Of a DNA stretch of 64,000 bases, positions 19,297 to 29,635 are shown piece by piece; position 1 is the first letter of the stretch; the number at the start of each line of letters is the position of its first letter. Source of the DNA: an uncultured Alphaproteobacteria bacterium (GTDB lineage Bacteria > Pseudomonadota > Alphaproteobacteria > Rhizobiales > Xanthobacteraceae); contig CAVWMD010000027.1 of NCBI GenBank assembly GCA_963755895.1, positions 240,881 through 304,880 on the forward strand. The letters run 5' to 3'. Below the pieces are notes generated by a model. The model saw only the letters and a list, made by a program, of their open reading frames with translations, was not told where the DNA came from and did no database searches. Made by a program: the position numbers and the translations under genes.

Positions 19297-20913
19297 ATGG
19301 AAACGAAAATCGTGGAACGTCGAACGGTTCTTAAGGGTGGCGCGGCCGCTTTTGGGATGCTGGGCAGTGGCGCATCGGCTTCAATGGTAACTGGCATAGA
19401 GCAGGCACGCGCCGATACGCCTCCGTCATCACTTCCGGATCAAATTCAACGCGCGTTTCAGCGTTTTCGTGAAACCATTCCAGCCAACTTCGATCACGAG
19501 TACGTCGAAAAGGTCGTCAGACCGTTTTTCCTTACGAGTTTTTACGAAGGTGAACGTCCGATGCTGCCGCTGATCGACGTCACCTTTAGCAAGGAAAACG
19601 CACTGCCTTACGACCTTTGGGGACTCATTACCCGCGACTGGCGACCGACCCCTGAAGACGGCGTGACGGTCTTTTTGCAGGGCCTTGAGAAACGCGGTCC
19701 CCATAATCTCCGTAAAAGGATCTACTTCTCGGGGGTGACGCCTGACCTTTACAAACCAATGTACAGCGCGAAAGTCGTCGCGTTCTTCGACAAACTCATG
19801 GACCAGAAGTTCGCCAACAAGCCGTTCATGCGGCATTACCTCGATTATTATTTCGACCTTTACTGGGACCTTCATCTTGGAGTGGCGGCAGACGCTATTC
19901 CTTTCGAGGTGCGTCAGATCGGCGAAGCCTTCAACACGGTTCTTGCATACAGGAACCCTCTGCTGCCCGTCACGTATGATAACTACATGATAGTTCGTGA
20001 ACGACTCGACTTTCTGAAATCATGGATCGATGATCGACTGACCGACATTGAAAGTGGCAAAACCGAAGCTCCGGAAAAGACGATAGCCTGGTATTGGCTG
20101 AAGAACGCCGGCGACGGCCGCCACTTTGCGAAGAAGGACGTCGTGTTCGAGTGTTTCCACAATTTCGTCGCGCTCAGCCAATGGGGCAACTCGATCTTCG
20201 GAATTATGTCGCGCTTGTCCGAAGACGGCGGCGATCCGGCGGTTCGAGCATCGTTTCAGAAGACGATGAGCGGAAATTTCGATGACGCCAACGGTGCTGC
20301 GTTCTCCCCGCTGGAATTGTTCGTCATGGAACTATTCCGCGTGATCTCTCCAAACGGCGGGAGCATCTCGGCTATCCACGATGCGAGAACAAGCGCCTAT
20401 GGCGGATCTCCGCAGCAAAAGTTTGGCCTTCCGATGGAGCGCCATAGCTACATCAGCACGCCCCACACGAGTACCAGCCTGGACCCAGTCCACTGGAAGG
20501 ATCCGAATGCTTTTGATCCGTCCAGATATCTTGGCGTTCCTACCAGCGCGCAGATTACGGAAGATAAGTGCCGGCAGATCGGGCTTGCGCGATGCCCATT
20601 TGAGACCACAAATTTCGAGGTCACGGATGGGCGCACGGCAAGCATCACGAATAGCGGTTTTGGGACGGTTTTCGGTGTTGTCGATGGGAAGAGCCTTCCG
20701 GTTTGTGACTATGCGGGCTTCGCGCCATTCGGCTTCGGATACCGGCGGTGTCCGGGCGAACAGTTGACGATTCAGGTCTTCGAAGATTTTCTCCGCAAGG
20801 TTTGGCGAGACAAGATCGTCTTCCGCAAACTCAATCTCGCCAATGCAGGCCAGGTTCCGATCGGGCCGACGGCTGTCATCGAAGACGATCTCGGATTCAC
20901 CAGGTCGGCCTGA
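19297..20913 (+). CDS. cytochrome P450-fold protein with twin-arginine (Tat) signal peptide, atypical I-helix
   Basis: N-terminus METKIVERRTVLKGGAAAFGMLGSGASA has an RR-x-[FV]-L-K Tat motif. It also has EXXR (ELFR), FDPSRY (a PERF-like motif) and the Cys-ligand loop FGFGYRRCPGEQL (Cys485, tgt at 20749). The I-helix region ECFHNFVALSQWGNSIFG has no AGx[DE]T motif. GC is about 52% by eye, against about 64% in the flanks. Confidence 0.8.
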   Translation: METKIVERRTVLKGGAAAFGMLGSGASASMVTGIEQARADTPPSSLPDQIQRAFQRFRETIPANFDHEYVEKVVRPFFLTSFYEGERPMLPLIDVTFSKENALPYDLWGLITRDWRPTPEDGVTVFLQGLEKRGPHNLRKRIYFSGVTPDLYKPMYSAKVVAFFDKLMDQKFANKPFMRHYLDYYFDLYWDLHLGVAADAIPFEVRQIGEAFNTVLAYRNPLLPVTYDNYMIVRERLDFLKSWIDDRLTDIESGKTEAPEKTIAWYWLKNAGDGRHFAKKDVVFECFHNFVALSQWGNSIFGIMSRLSEDGGDPAVRASFQKTMSGNFDDANGAAFSPLELFVMELFRVISPNGGSISAIHDARTSAYGGSPQQKFGLPMERHSYISTPHTSTSLDPVHWKDPNAFDPSRYLGVPTSAQITEDKCRQIGLARCPFETTNFEVTDGRTASITNSGFGTVFGVVDGKSLPVCDYAGFAPFGFGYRRCPGEQLTIQVFEDFLRKVWRDKIVFRKLNLANAGQVPIGPTAVIEDDLGFTRSA

Positions 20914-21194
20914 TTTATCAGCGCAGCACTTTGATCATGAGAGAGCGCCATGTTCAGCCCGTGGCCCTACGGTCAGGCATCATTGACGGTCTGGTTGGCG
21001 ATAGCGGGAAGATCAGGGGTTTCGCGTCCCCAGGTTCTGGAATAATGAAGGGCTGCGTGACGCCGGCGGTATCGCGGTATCCTGGAGTCGATACCTAACG
21101 ATACTTGCCGCTTGCGCAGACCCTGTCCCGGCACGCCGCTGCGCGGTGCGCCACCCTCTCCCACAAGGGGAGAGGGATAGCGAAGTGAAACCTG

Positions 21195-21896
21195 ATGTCC
21201 ATTGGCAATTCCATCCGCGCGCAAATTCCGCCTATTCATCGCGAAGGCTATCCGTTTATCGGCGGCTTTGCGCTGGCGAGCCTCATTCTGTTCTGGCTAT
21301 GGACGCCGCTCGGCTGGATCGGCACGGTGCTGACGATCTGGTGCGCGCTGTTCTTTCGCGATCCGGTCCGGGTGACGCCGGTGCGGGAAGGCATCGTGGT
21401 GGCGCCGGCCGATGGCCGCGTCTCGATGATCGGGCAGGTGGTGCCGCCGGCCGAACTCGGTCTCGGCGACCGGCCGCTGCCGCGGATCTCGATCTTCATG
21501 AGCGTGTTCAACTGCCATGTGAACCGCAGTCCGGTGGCCGGGCGGATCGACCGGATCGCCTATCGGCCGGGCGCCTTCATCAACGCCGAACTCGACAAGG
21601 CGAGCGAAGACAATGAGCGCAATTCGCTGGTGATCTCGACGCCGAACAACGGCCGCATCGGCGTGATCCAGATCGCCGGACTGGTGGCGCGGCGGATCGT
21701 GTCGTTCGTTCGCGAAGGCCAGCAGCTCGGCGCCGGCGAGCGGTTCGGCCTGATCCGGTTCGGTTCGCGGCTCGACGTGTATCTGCCGGAGGGAACCACG
21801 GCGCTGGTCTCGGAAGGCCAGACCGCGGTGGCCGGCGAGACGATCCTGGCCGATTTCAGGCTCAGCGATGCGGGGCGAATCTACCGGGCGGATTAA
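21195..21896 (+). CDS. psd: phosphatidylserine decarboxylase proenzyme
   Basis: 233 aa. [13 protein letters not shown]-terminus and the [14 protein letters not shown] self-cleavage (G-S) region of the short alphaproteobacterial Psd type. Confidence 0.9.
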   Translation: MSIGNSIRAQIPPIHREGYPFIGGFALASLILFWLWTPLGWIGTVLTIWCALFFRDPVRVTPVREGIVVAPADGRVSMIGQVVPPAELGLGDRPLPRISIFMSVFNCHVNRSPVAGRIDRIAYRPGAFINAELDKASEDNERNSLVISTPNNGRIGVIQIAGLVARRIVSFVREGQQLGAGERFGLIRFGSRLDVYLPEGTTALVSEGQTAVAGETILADFRLSDAGRIYRAD

Positions 21897-22248
21897 CCAA
21901 CCCAGTAGCCGATATCTTCAATGTCTGCGACATAGAATAGCTTTCGATCCAAGGCGCTCGCGATTATTGATAACCACGAGAGAAATCCATCGATTGCAAC
22001 GCGATACAGACGAGGATCTTCACTTATTTCTTCAACAGTTCAATCCGCTCGAAGCGCTTGAGCGAATATGCGTCGGTCGTGCTGAATAAGTCGCGGATTG
22101 TCCGGCATATACGGACGAAGCGTTTCGGGAAGCGCGAGCGGACCTCCGAACCAGTCAAGGCATCTGCCCGCGAACACAAGCTCCTGATTCGTGTTAAAAT
22201 CCTACACGTTCTGATATCGAGCGCGCTCTAAACACAGGGGAGACTACG

Positions 22249-22527
22249 ATGAAGAACCTGGTGGCTGCTGCGGCATTTGCAGCCTTTACCTTTTCGCCCG
22301 CTTCCGCAAAGACGGTGGCGTGCACAGGCGAAGATTTCGCCAGGATGATGACCCGAATGGCTACTATGCCTTACGGTCACAAAAGGATGGGCATGACGAG
22401 GGAGATGGCAGCGGTCAATACTGGCCTGAGCAACGGCGATCTTCGTGGGGCTTGCAAACACTACGTCATCGCCCAGAGAATTCAAAACAACGAGCGTGAT
22501 CCCTTCGCGGACTTGCTTCTTGAATGA
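22249..22527 (+). CDS. small secreted hypothetical protein
   Basis: RBS gggga, then signal peptide MKNLVAAAAFAAFTFSPASA. Met-rich mature region with 2 Cys. Lies in a low-GC insert. Confidence 0.45.
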   Translation: MKNLVAAAAFAAFTFSPASAKTVACTGEDFARMMTRMATMPYGHKRMGMTREMAAVNTGLSNGDLRGACKHYVIAQRIQNNERDPFADLLLE

Positions 22528-22615
22528 CGGACAGATCGGGTATCTGTCTCAAGACGCCCACTACATTGTTGGTGGCGATTTCATGCGGTGCCATCTTGCC
22601 AATGATCGGAGAGGC

Positions 22616-22873
22616 TTATGTTGCGAGCGTCTTGATCCGTTGGTCATGGTGGTGATGACCTTCCCATCCATCTTTGTGTTGAGTGATATAGTCGAGCGCT
22701 ACGTCCTCGAATGTGTCCGCGGCCGTTGTGATCGCGGTAGCGGTTTTGATCGTGGCGTTTCGTTCATCAAGTCCGGCCTCTATTTTCTTTCGGAATTCCG
22801 CCGTCTTCCATTCGAGTGCCTTCAATTTCGCGGCGTCGATTGTTCGTAGGTCTCGATCGTCACCAGACGACAC
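22616..22873 (-). pseudogene. N-terminal remnant of a P4-like tyrosine integrase
   Basis: 85 aa: ...TFEDVALDYITQHKDGWEGHHHHDQRIKTL resembles the integrase N-terminal SAM-like region (TFxEVAxxWxxxHxxGWxNxKHxxQWxxTL). No catalytic domain follows. Confidence 0.55.
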
Positions 22874-23074
22874 TTGCCGGTTGTGGTTGAATAGCGGAGC
22901 GCCCAGAAGGCTTTCCCGCTCTAAACTTGTGGATAATCAAAAAGGTAGCGGCCTAATTGGCATCACGCAGGAGCGCGTGACGCCGTGATTTTAGGGATTA
23001 ACCATCGCCATGGTCGACGTCGCCGGCTTGCCGCCACAATGGCGGGCAGGCCCAGCGTTTGCTATATACCGCTG

Positions 23075-23962
23075 ATGATGCAGATGCCTTCCGATCCCGG
23101 AAATCCCGAATTGCGCCGTCGCCGGTTTCGCCCGATCCCGGTGCGCATGCTGGTGCCCAATGTCATCACGCTGCTGGCGATCTGCGCCGGGCTGACGGCG
23201 ATCCGGGTGTCCACCGAGGGACGGATGGAATTGGCGGTGGCGGCGATCGTGTTCGCGGCGGTGCTCGACGGCCTCGACGGCCGGGTCGCGCGCATGATCA
23301 AGGGCCAGTCGAAATTCGGCGCCGAGCTCGACAGCCTGGCGGATTTCGTCAATTTCGGCGTCGCTCCGGGATTGATCCTGTATTTCTGGCAGCTGCATGA
23401 GCTCGGCAATGGCGGCTGGATCGCGGCGATGGTGTTCGCGATCTCAGGCGGCTTGCGGCTCGCCCGCTTCAACGCCACCATGGACGATCCCGACAAACCG
23501 CCGTTCGCCGCGAATTATTTCACCGGCGTTCCCGCGCCGCTTGGCGCGATCACGGTGCTGCTGCCGATCTACCTGGAGTTTCTCACGATACCGAAACCTC
23601 CGGCGGTGCTGACCGCGTTCTATACGCTTCTGATCGCGTTCCTGATGGTGTCGCGGCTGCCGGTGTTTTCCGGCAAGACCGTGCGGATGCGGGTGCCGCC
23701 GGAAATGGTGCTGCCGGTTTTCGTCTCGGTGATTTTCTTCATCGCGCTTCTGGTCGGCTATCCCTGGCATATTCTTTCGGCCTGCACAGTGCTGTATCTG
23801 TTGAGCCTGCCGGTTGGATGGAAATCCTACCGCGACCATGAGCGCCGGGCCGCTGCACAAGCGGCGATGCCGGCCGCTGCCGCTCCGCCAAATCCGGCCG
23901 CGCCGTTTGCGACGCCCGCGCCCGGGCCGGATCCGGACGACCGGCCGGCCCGGCTGAACTGA
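23075..23962 (+). CDS. pssA: CDP-diacylglycerol--serine O-phosphatidyltransferase
   Basis: CDP-alcohol phosphatidyltransferase motif DGLDGRVARMIKGQSKFGAELDSLAD, multiple TM helices, Pro/Ala-rich tail. Start taken at MMQMPSD. Confidence 0.9.
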   Translation: MMQMPSDPGNPELRRRRFRPIPVRMLVPNVITLLAICAGLTAIRVSTEGRMELAVAAIVFAAVLDGLDGRVARMIKGQSKFGAELDSLADFVNFGVAPGLILYFWQLHELGNGGWIAAMVFAISGGLRLARFNATMDDPDKPPFAANYFTGVPAPLGAITVLLPIYLEFLTIPKPPAVLTAFYTLLIAFLMVSRLPVFSGKTVRMRVPPEMVLPVFVSVIFFIALLVGYPWHILSACTVLYLLSLPVGWKSYRDHERRAAAQAAMPAAAAPPNPAAPFATPAPGPDPDDRPARLN

Positions 23963-24148
23963 ACGGCCCGCGTGATATCTGCCGGACGACTGCCAAATAG
24001 CAGCCATGAGCGATTGCCGAGTTGGGTCCGTTCCCAATCTCGGCTATAGCGCTGTCGTAGGCGGCCTTTCAGGCGGCCTTTTAAGGTTGCCTTGGAAAAA
24101 TCGGCAGCGCTTTGAAAATGCTGCCCGCGAAAATCAGGAGAGAACGCC

Positions 24149-24868
24149 GTGACGAATTCCGCATCCGCGCCGCTGCCCGCTTCCTTGCTCGAGGCGTTGG
24201 GTCGCTATGACACGCCGACGATCTGCAACGCGATGGAGGTCGTGGCGCCGGAACGCCGGCTGATCGGCTACACCACCAAGCCGCTGGTGTGCCCGTTTCC
24301 TGATTTGCCGCCGATGGTCGGCTATGCGCGGACGGTGACGATCCGCTCCGTACTGAAATCCGACCTCCCGGCCGCCGAACAGTCGAAGCGGCGGATCGAA
24401 TATTACGAATATATGGGCACCGGACAGGGGCCGCGAATCACCGTCATTCAGGACATCGACGGTCCCGATGTCGGTTACGGCGCGTTCTGGGGCGAGGTGC
24501 AGAGCAACGTCCACAAGGCGCTGGGCTGTCTCGGCGTCATCACCGACGGATCGATCCGCGACATCCCGCAATGGGCGCCCGGATTCCAGGCGCTGGCCGG
24601 CTCGATCGGGCCGTCGCACGCCTGGGTTCACGCCGAGAATTTCGGCGGCGAAGTCCGCGTTGCCGGCATGACCGTGCGCAATGACGATCTGATTCACGCC
24701 GATAGCCACGGCGCCATCGTGATCCCGCACGATATCGCCGCGAAGATTCCCGATGCCGCCGAGCTCTGCGGCCGGCGCGAGACGCCGATCCTTGAAATCG
24801 CGCGCAGCCCGGATTTCACGCTGGAAAAACTGAAAGCGGCGTTGCAGAAGTCGGCCGAGATTCACTGA
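24149..24868 (+). CDS. RraA family protein (HMG/OAA aldolase-like)
   Basis: GTG start after aggagag. YDTPTICNAME...GAFWGEVQSNVHKALGCLGVITDGSIRD matches the RraA/dimethylmenaquinone methyltransferase fold family. Confidence 0.8.
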   Translation: MTNSASAPLPASLLEALGRYDTPTICNAMEVVAPERRLIGYTTKPLVCPFPDLPPMVGYARTVTIRSVLKSDLPAAEQSKRRIEYYEYMGTGQGPRITVIQDIDGPDVGYGAFWGEVQSNVHKALGCLGVITDGSIRDIPQWAPGFQALAGSIGPSHAWVHAENFGGEVRVAGMTVRNDDLIHADSHGAIVIPHDIAAKIPDAAELCGRRETPILEIARSPDFTLEKLKAALQKSAEIH

Positions 24869-24888
24869 TGTGAGTTCGAAGGAGCACC

Positions 24889-25713
24889 GTGATGAAGATG
24901 GACGGCAAGACAGTCTTGATCACGGGCTCGACCGACGGCGTCGGCCGCTATGTCGCAACCCGGCTTGCAGCCGCCGGCGCCAGGGTATTGATCCACGGCC
25001 GCGACAAAGGGCGCGCCGACATCCTTGCCGATGAGATTCGCCGGCAAGGCCACGCTGCGCCTGCCTTCTACCCTGCGGATTTGTCATCTCTGGCCGGAAC
25101 CCGGCAACTCGCGGAAGCGGTCCTCGCGGATCATAAGCGGATCGATGTCTTCATCAGCAATGCCGGGATCGGCTCACGCTCGCCGGGTGCCGAGCGCCAG
25201 ACCAGCGCGGACGGCCACGAGTTGCGCTTCGCGGTGAATTACCTCTCGGGCTTCCTGCTCGCGTATCTGTTGCTGCCTGTGATCAAGGCCGCGGCGCCGT
25301 CGCGGATCGTCAACGTCGCCTCGCTAGGCCAGCACCCGATCGATTTCGACGACGTGATGATCACCAGGGGTTACAATGGCGGGCGCGCTTACGCGCAGAG
25401 CAAGCTCTCGCAGATCATGTTCACCATCGATCTCGCCCATGAGCTGAAGGGATCGGGGGTCACGGTCAATTCACTGCACCCGGCCACCTACATGAACACC
25501 ACGATGGTGCGCCAAGGCGGCATCACGCCGATCTCGACGGTGGAGCAGGGCGGCGAGGCGATCCTGCATCTGGCAACCGGCGACGACATGGCCGGCAGAA
25601 GCGGGTTGTTCTTCAACGGCATGTACGAAGCGCAGGCCAATCCGCAGGCGTATGACGTGAGCGCGCGCAAAAGATTGCGGGCGCTGAGCCTGGAGCTGAC
25701 GGGGCTGCCTTAA
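24889..25713 (+). CDS. SDR family oxidoreductase
   Basis: TGSTDGVGR Rossmann motif, NAG, and the YAQSK catalytic Tyr-x3-Lys. Confidence 0.88.
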   Translation: MMKMDGKTVLITGSTDGVGRYVATRLAAAGARVLIHGRDKGRADILADEIRRQGHAAPAFYPADLSSLAGTRQLAEAVLADHKRIDVFISNAGIGSRSPGAERQTSADGHELRFAVNYLSGFLLAYLLLPVIKAAAPSRIVNVASLGQHPIDFDDVMITRGYNGGRAYAQSKLSQIMFTIDLAHELKGSGVTVNSLHPATYMNTTMVRQGGITPISTVEQGGEAILHLATGDDMAGRSGLFFNGMYEAQANPQAYDVSARKRLRALSLELTGLP

Positions 25714-25722
25714 AGCTCTCCA

Positions 25723-25830
25723 CCCTGCGAACGCAGGGACCCATACGGCGCGGACTCTCGTTTCTGAACTGGAGCGGAGGCTTTTTTCTACTTGTTAGGC
25801 CAGGGGTTATGGGTCCCTGCGTTCGCAGGG
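25723..25830. repeat. REP-like element: paired 23 bp inverted hairpins
   Basis: ccctgcgaacgcagggacccata (25723-25745) and tatgggtccctgcgttcgcaggg (25808-25830) are exact reverse complements. Each arm is itself a hairpin. The architecture matches 1368..1489. Confidence 0.9.
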
Positions 25831-25940
25831 ACAACTTGCGGAGACACCACGCAAAACTGAAAACAGTCGCCCGCTGACCGCACAGAAGATTTCCATATGC
25901 GATAGCCCTGCAGCGCGCGGGCGAGAGATTAAGTCATCAA

Positions 25941-27092
25941 TTACTTCACCAGATGAAACCCGCCGTCCTTGACCTCGATCAGGAACGCCGAGCGCTCATC
26001 GTAGCCGTTGTGATTGTCCGGCGTCATGTTGGAGAGGCCGTTGTTGAGCGCGAGGTCTGTTGTTTTCTCGATCTCGCTGCGCAGCGCGGCACGAAATTCC
26101 TCGGTGCCGGGTTTTGCGACCTTCAGCGCCGCCGGAATGGCGTGCTCGACCAGCGTCATCGAATCCCAGAGATGGGCGCCGAAGATCGAGGGGATGGTGC
26201 CGTTGACGGCCTTGTAGGCGTCGACGAAAGCCGCCGTCGTCTTGCGGAACGGACTGTCGGCGGGCAGATCGTTCACCACCGTAAAGGCTTCGCCGGTGAA
26301 GATCGCGCCATCGACATCCTTGCCACCGAGCTTGATGAACTCGTCCATCGCAACTCCGTGGGTCTGGAAGATCGGTCCCTTGTAGCCGCGTTCGCGCAGC
26401 GCCTTCTGCGGCAGCACGGCCGGTGTGCCGGCCGACGCCACGAACACTGCGTCGGGCTTGCCGGCGATGACCTTCAGCACCTGTCCGGTAACGCTGGCGT
26501 CGCTGCGCGCATAGACTTCATGGCCGGTCAGCGTGATGCCGAGCTTTGGTGCGGCCTCGCTCAGCACCTTGTAATAGCCCTCGCCATAGGCATCCGACAC
26601 GCCGATATAGCCGAGCGTCTTGACGCCCGATTTGGCGATGTATTTGAGGATCGCGTTGGCCATGATGTCGTCGTTCGGGACCACCTTGAACGCCCATTTC
26701 TTCTTCTCGTCCATCGGCGTCACCAGGACGGCGGCGGCGGCGAGCGAGAGCAGGGGCGTCTTTGATTCAGCGGCGATATCGATCAGCGGCAGACTGACCG
26801 GGGTCAGCGAGGAGCCGATCAGCACATCGACCTTTTCTTCCGCGATCAGCTTGCGGGCGTTCTGGGCGCCCTTGGTCGGGTCCGATTCATCGTCGAGCGC
26901 AAAATACGTGATCTTCTGCCCGGCGATCTCTTTCGGCAATGCTGCGACCGTCTTGGTCTGCGGCTGGCCGAGGGCTGCTCCTGGTCCGGAGCCGCTCATG
27001 GTGATGCCGACCTTGATCTGCGCCTGCGCGCTGCCGGCGCTCAGCACGACCGCCGCCAGCGCGATCATCCAGCCTTTATGATTTCCCAGCAT
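25941..27092 (-). CDS. HAAT-family (LivK-like) ABC transporter substrate-binding protein
   Basis: 383 aa, signal peptide MLGNHKGWMIALAAVVLSAGSAQA, type I periplasmic binding fold sequence features. Intact. Confidence 0.85.
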   Translation of the reverse strand: MLGNHKGWMIALAAVVLSAGSAQAQIKVGITMSGSGPGAALGQPQTKTVAALPKEIAGQKITYFALDDESDPTKGAQNARKLIAEEKVDVLIGSSLTPVSLPLIDIAAESKTPLLSLAAAAVLVTPMDEKKKWAFKVVPNDDIMANAILKYIAKSGVKTLGYIGVSDAYGEGYYKVLSEAAPKLGITLTGHEVYARSDASVTGQVLKVIAGKPDAVFVASAGTPAVLPQKALRERGYKGPIFQTHGVAMDEFIKLGGKDVDGAIFTGEAFTVVNDLPADSPFRKTTAAFVDAYKAVNGTIPSIFGAHLWDSMTLVEHAIPAALKVAKPGTEEFRAALRSEIEKTTDLALNNGLSNMTPDNHNGYDERSAFLIEVKDGGFHLVK

Positions 27093-27136
27093 GACGTCTC
27101 CCTCCGGTGTGTTTGTTGATTTGACTGGCCGCCAGT

Positions 27137-27862
27137 CTAGTACTCATTGCCGCCGAGGCCGAGATAACTTTCGACCAGTCGGGGGTCCGCGGCGATTTGC
27201 TGCGGCGAGCCCTGCGTGGTGATGGCGCCGAGCTCCATCACATAGGCATAGTCGGCGACTTCAAGGGCCGCCCGCGCATTCTGTTCGACCAGCAGGATCG
27301 AAACGCCGGTCCGGCGCAGATCGGTCAGGATATGAAAGACGTCGCGGACGATGCGCGGCGCCAGCCCGAGGCTGGGCTCGTCCAGCATCAACAGCGCCGG
27401 CCGCGCCATCAGCGCACGGCCCATCGCCAGCATCTGGCGCTCGCCACCGGATAGCGTGCCCGCCAGTTGCTGCCGCCGCTCCTTCAGCCGTGGCAGGCGC
27501 GCAAAGATCTCCTCCAGCGTCTGCTTGCGCTCGGCGCGGGATCGCCTGAAGCCGCCGAGCAGCAGATTGTCCTCGACCGGCATGTCGGCGAACAGTTCGC
27601 GGCGTTCCGGCACCAGACAGAGGCCGGACTGCACGCGGCTCTCCAGCGCGACGGAGCTAACCTCAGCGCCGCGGAATCCGATGCCGCCTTTGGCCTTCAA
27701 CAGCCCCATGATGGCGTTGAGCAGCGTGGTCTTGCCGGCGCCGTTGGAGCCGATCACGGTGACCAGCGCGCCCGGGGTCACCGTGATCGAGACATCGTGC
27801 ACCACCTGGGCGCGGCCGTAGGAAACGCAGAGATTGCGGACATCCAATAGCGGCGCTGTCAC
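27137..27862 (-). CDS. HAAT ABC transporter ATP-binding protein (LivF-like)
   Basis: Walker [10 protein letters not shown], signature [15 protein letters not shown], Walker [11 protein letters not shown]. Intact. Confidence 0.88.
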   Translation of the reverse strand: MTAPLLDVRNLCVSYGRAQVVHDVSITVTPGALVTVIGSNGAGKTTLLNAIMGLLKAKGGIGFRGAEVSSVALESRVQSGLCLVPERRELFADMPVEDNLLLGGFRRSRAERKQTLEEIFARLPRLKERRQQLAGTLSGGERQMLAMGRALMARPALLMLDEPSLGLAPRIVRDVFHILTDLRRTGVSILLVEQNARAALEVADYAYVMELGAITTQGSPQQIAADPRLVESYLGLGGNEY

Positions 27863-28696
27863 GATACGCCTCCGAGATAGGCCTCGAGCACCGCGGGATG
27901 CTGCCGGATGTCGGCGGGGACGCCTTCGGCGATCCGGGTGCCGAAATCGAGCACCACCAGCCGGTCGGCGAGACTCATGACGAAATCCATATCGTGCTCG
28001 ACCAGGAGCACGCTGAGCCCCTCGCTGCGGACTTCGCGCAACAGTCGCGCCAGCGCTTTCTTTTCACCGACGCGCAATCCGGCCGCGGGCTCATCCAGCA
28101 GCAGCAACACCGGATTGAGGCACAGCGCGCGGGCGACCTCGACCAGTCGTAACTGGCCGAGCGCCAGCGTGCCGGCCGGCTTGAAGGCGACATCGGCAAG
28201 CCCGACGCGGGCGAGCTGGCGTTGGCGTTGGCGAACAGCAGCGCTTCCTCGGCGCGATCGAGGCGTAAGCATCGCGCGCAGCGGGCCGGCGCGTGCCCAG
28301 CAGATGCGCGCCAAGCGCGACGTTCTCGATCACGCTCATGTCGGCGACGATTTCGACGTGCTGAAAGGTGCGGCCCAGTCCAAGGGCGGCGGCGCGTTGC
28401 GGGGTCTGCGTCCGCAGCGCGTGACCCTCGAACTGGATCTGGCCGGAGCTCAAGGGCAGAACGCCGGTGATCAGATTGAAGGTCGTGCTTTTGCCGGCGC
28501 CGTTCGGGCCGATCAGTCCGATGATGCGGCCGCTATGGACGTCGAAGTTGACGTCGTTGACGGCGACCAGGCCGCCGAATACCTTTCTTGCATTCTGCAC
28601 CTGCAACAACGGCGTTCCCGGCGCGGGCGGCGTGCGCTCGGGCGTCGTGTTGCCGTCGCGCGGCTCGGGCGGGCTTGGCGCGTGGCGGCGGTCCAA
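27859..28696 (-). pseudogene. HAAT ABC ATP-binding protein (LivG-like), multiple frameshifts
   Basis: The N-terminal part (GPNGAGKSTTFN) is in ORF 28091..28696 and the C-terminal part ([11 protein letters not shown]...HDMDFV) in ORF 27859..28314. Reconstructing the join needs three frame changes within about 28200-28300 ([36 protein letters not shown]). The upstream boundary is approximate and the gene may be fused to LivM. Confidence 0.75.
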
Positions 28697-29635
28697 ACAG
28701 GATCGGCCACAGGCCGCTGGACGCGGTTTGCAGGATCAGCACCAGCACCGCGCCGAAGGCGATGGTTTCGTAATTGCCGGTATTGCCGATCAGCCAGGGC
28801 AGGAAATTCTGCAACTGGTCGCGCAGAAAGGTGATTCCGGCGGCGCCCAGGATCGCGCCGTAGACCCGGCCGGCGCCGCCCAAGCACCGCCATCAGCAGA
28901 TATTCGGTGCCGGTCGTGATGCCGAACGGGCCGGGCGATACCGAGCGCTGGAAATGCGCGTAGAGCCAGCCGGCGAGGCCCGCGAGCATCGCAGCATAGA
29001 CGAACACCATCAGCTTGGCGGCGGCGGTGTTGACGCCGAACGCCTCGGCGGCGCGGGTGCTGCGCCGGAGCGCGCGGATCGCACGGCCGATGCGGCCGCC
29101 GAAGCAGGTTTTGGGTCGCGATCACCGCGAGCACTACCGCGATCCAGACCACCACGAAATAGTCGCGCGGATCGATCAGCGCATGGGTGCCGATCCGTAG
29201 CGGCGGGATGCCGGCCAGCCCGTCATGGGCGCCGAGCCAGTCGATGTTGCCGAACAGATAGAAGAACGCGATGCCCCAGGCGATGGTGCCGAGCGGCAGA
29301 TAGTGACCGGAAAGCCGGACCGTGATCGCGCCGATCAGGCCGGCGACCAACATCGTCACGATCAGCGAGGCCGGCAGCGTCAGCCATGGCGAGATGCCGA
29401 ACTGCGTCGTCAGCACCGCGGTGGTGTAGGCGCCGAAGCCGACAAAGGCCGCCTGGCCGAACGACGTCATGCCGCCGACGCCGGTCAGCAGCACGAGACC
29501 GATCGCGACCAGGCTGGAAATGCCGATATAGTTGAACAGCGTGATCCAGTAATCCGGCAGCAGCCCGGTGAAGGGCGCGATCAGGATCGCCAGCGCGCAG
29601 ACCGAGGGAATGATGGGACCGCGCGAAAACTTCAT
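28697..29635 (-). pseudogene. HAAT ABC permease (LivM-like), frameshifted
   Basis: N-terminal MKFSRGPIIP...GAITVRLSGHYLPLGTIAWG is in ORF 28790..29887. The continuation ([19 protein letters not shown]..; [21 protein letters not shown]) lies in two other frames (ORFs 28513..29010 and 28533..28883). The 3' boundary is approximate. Confidence 0.75.
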
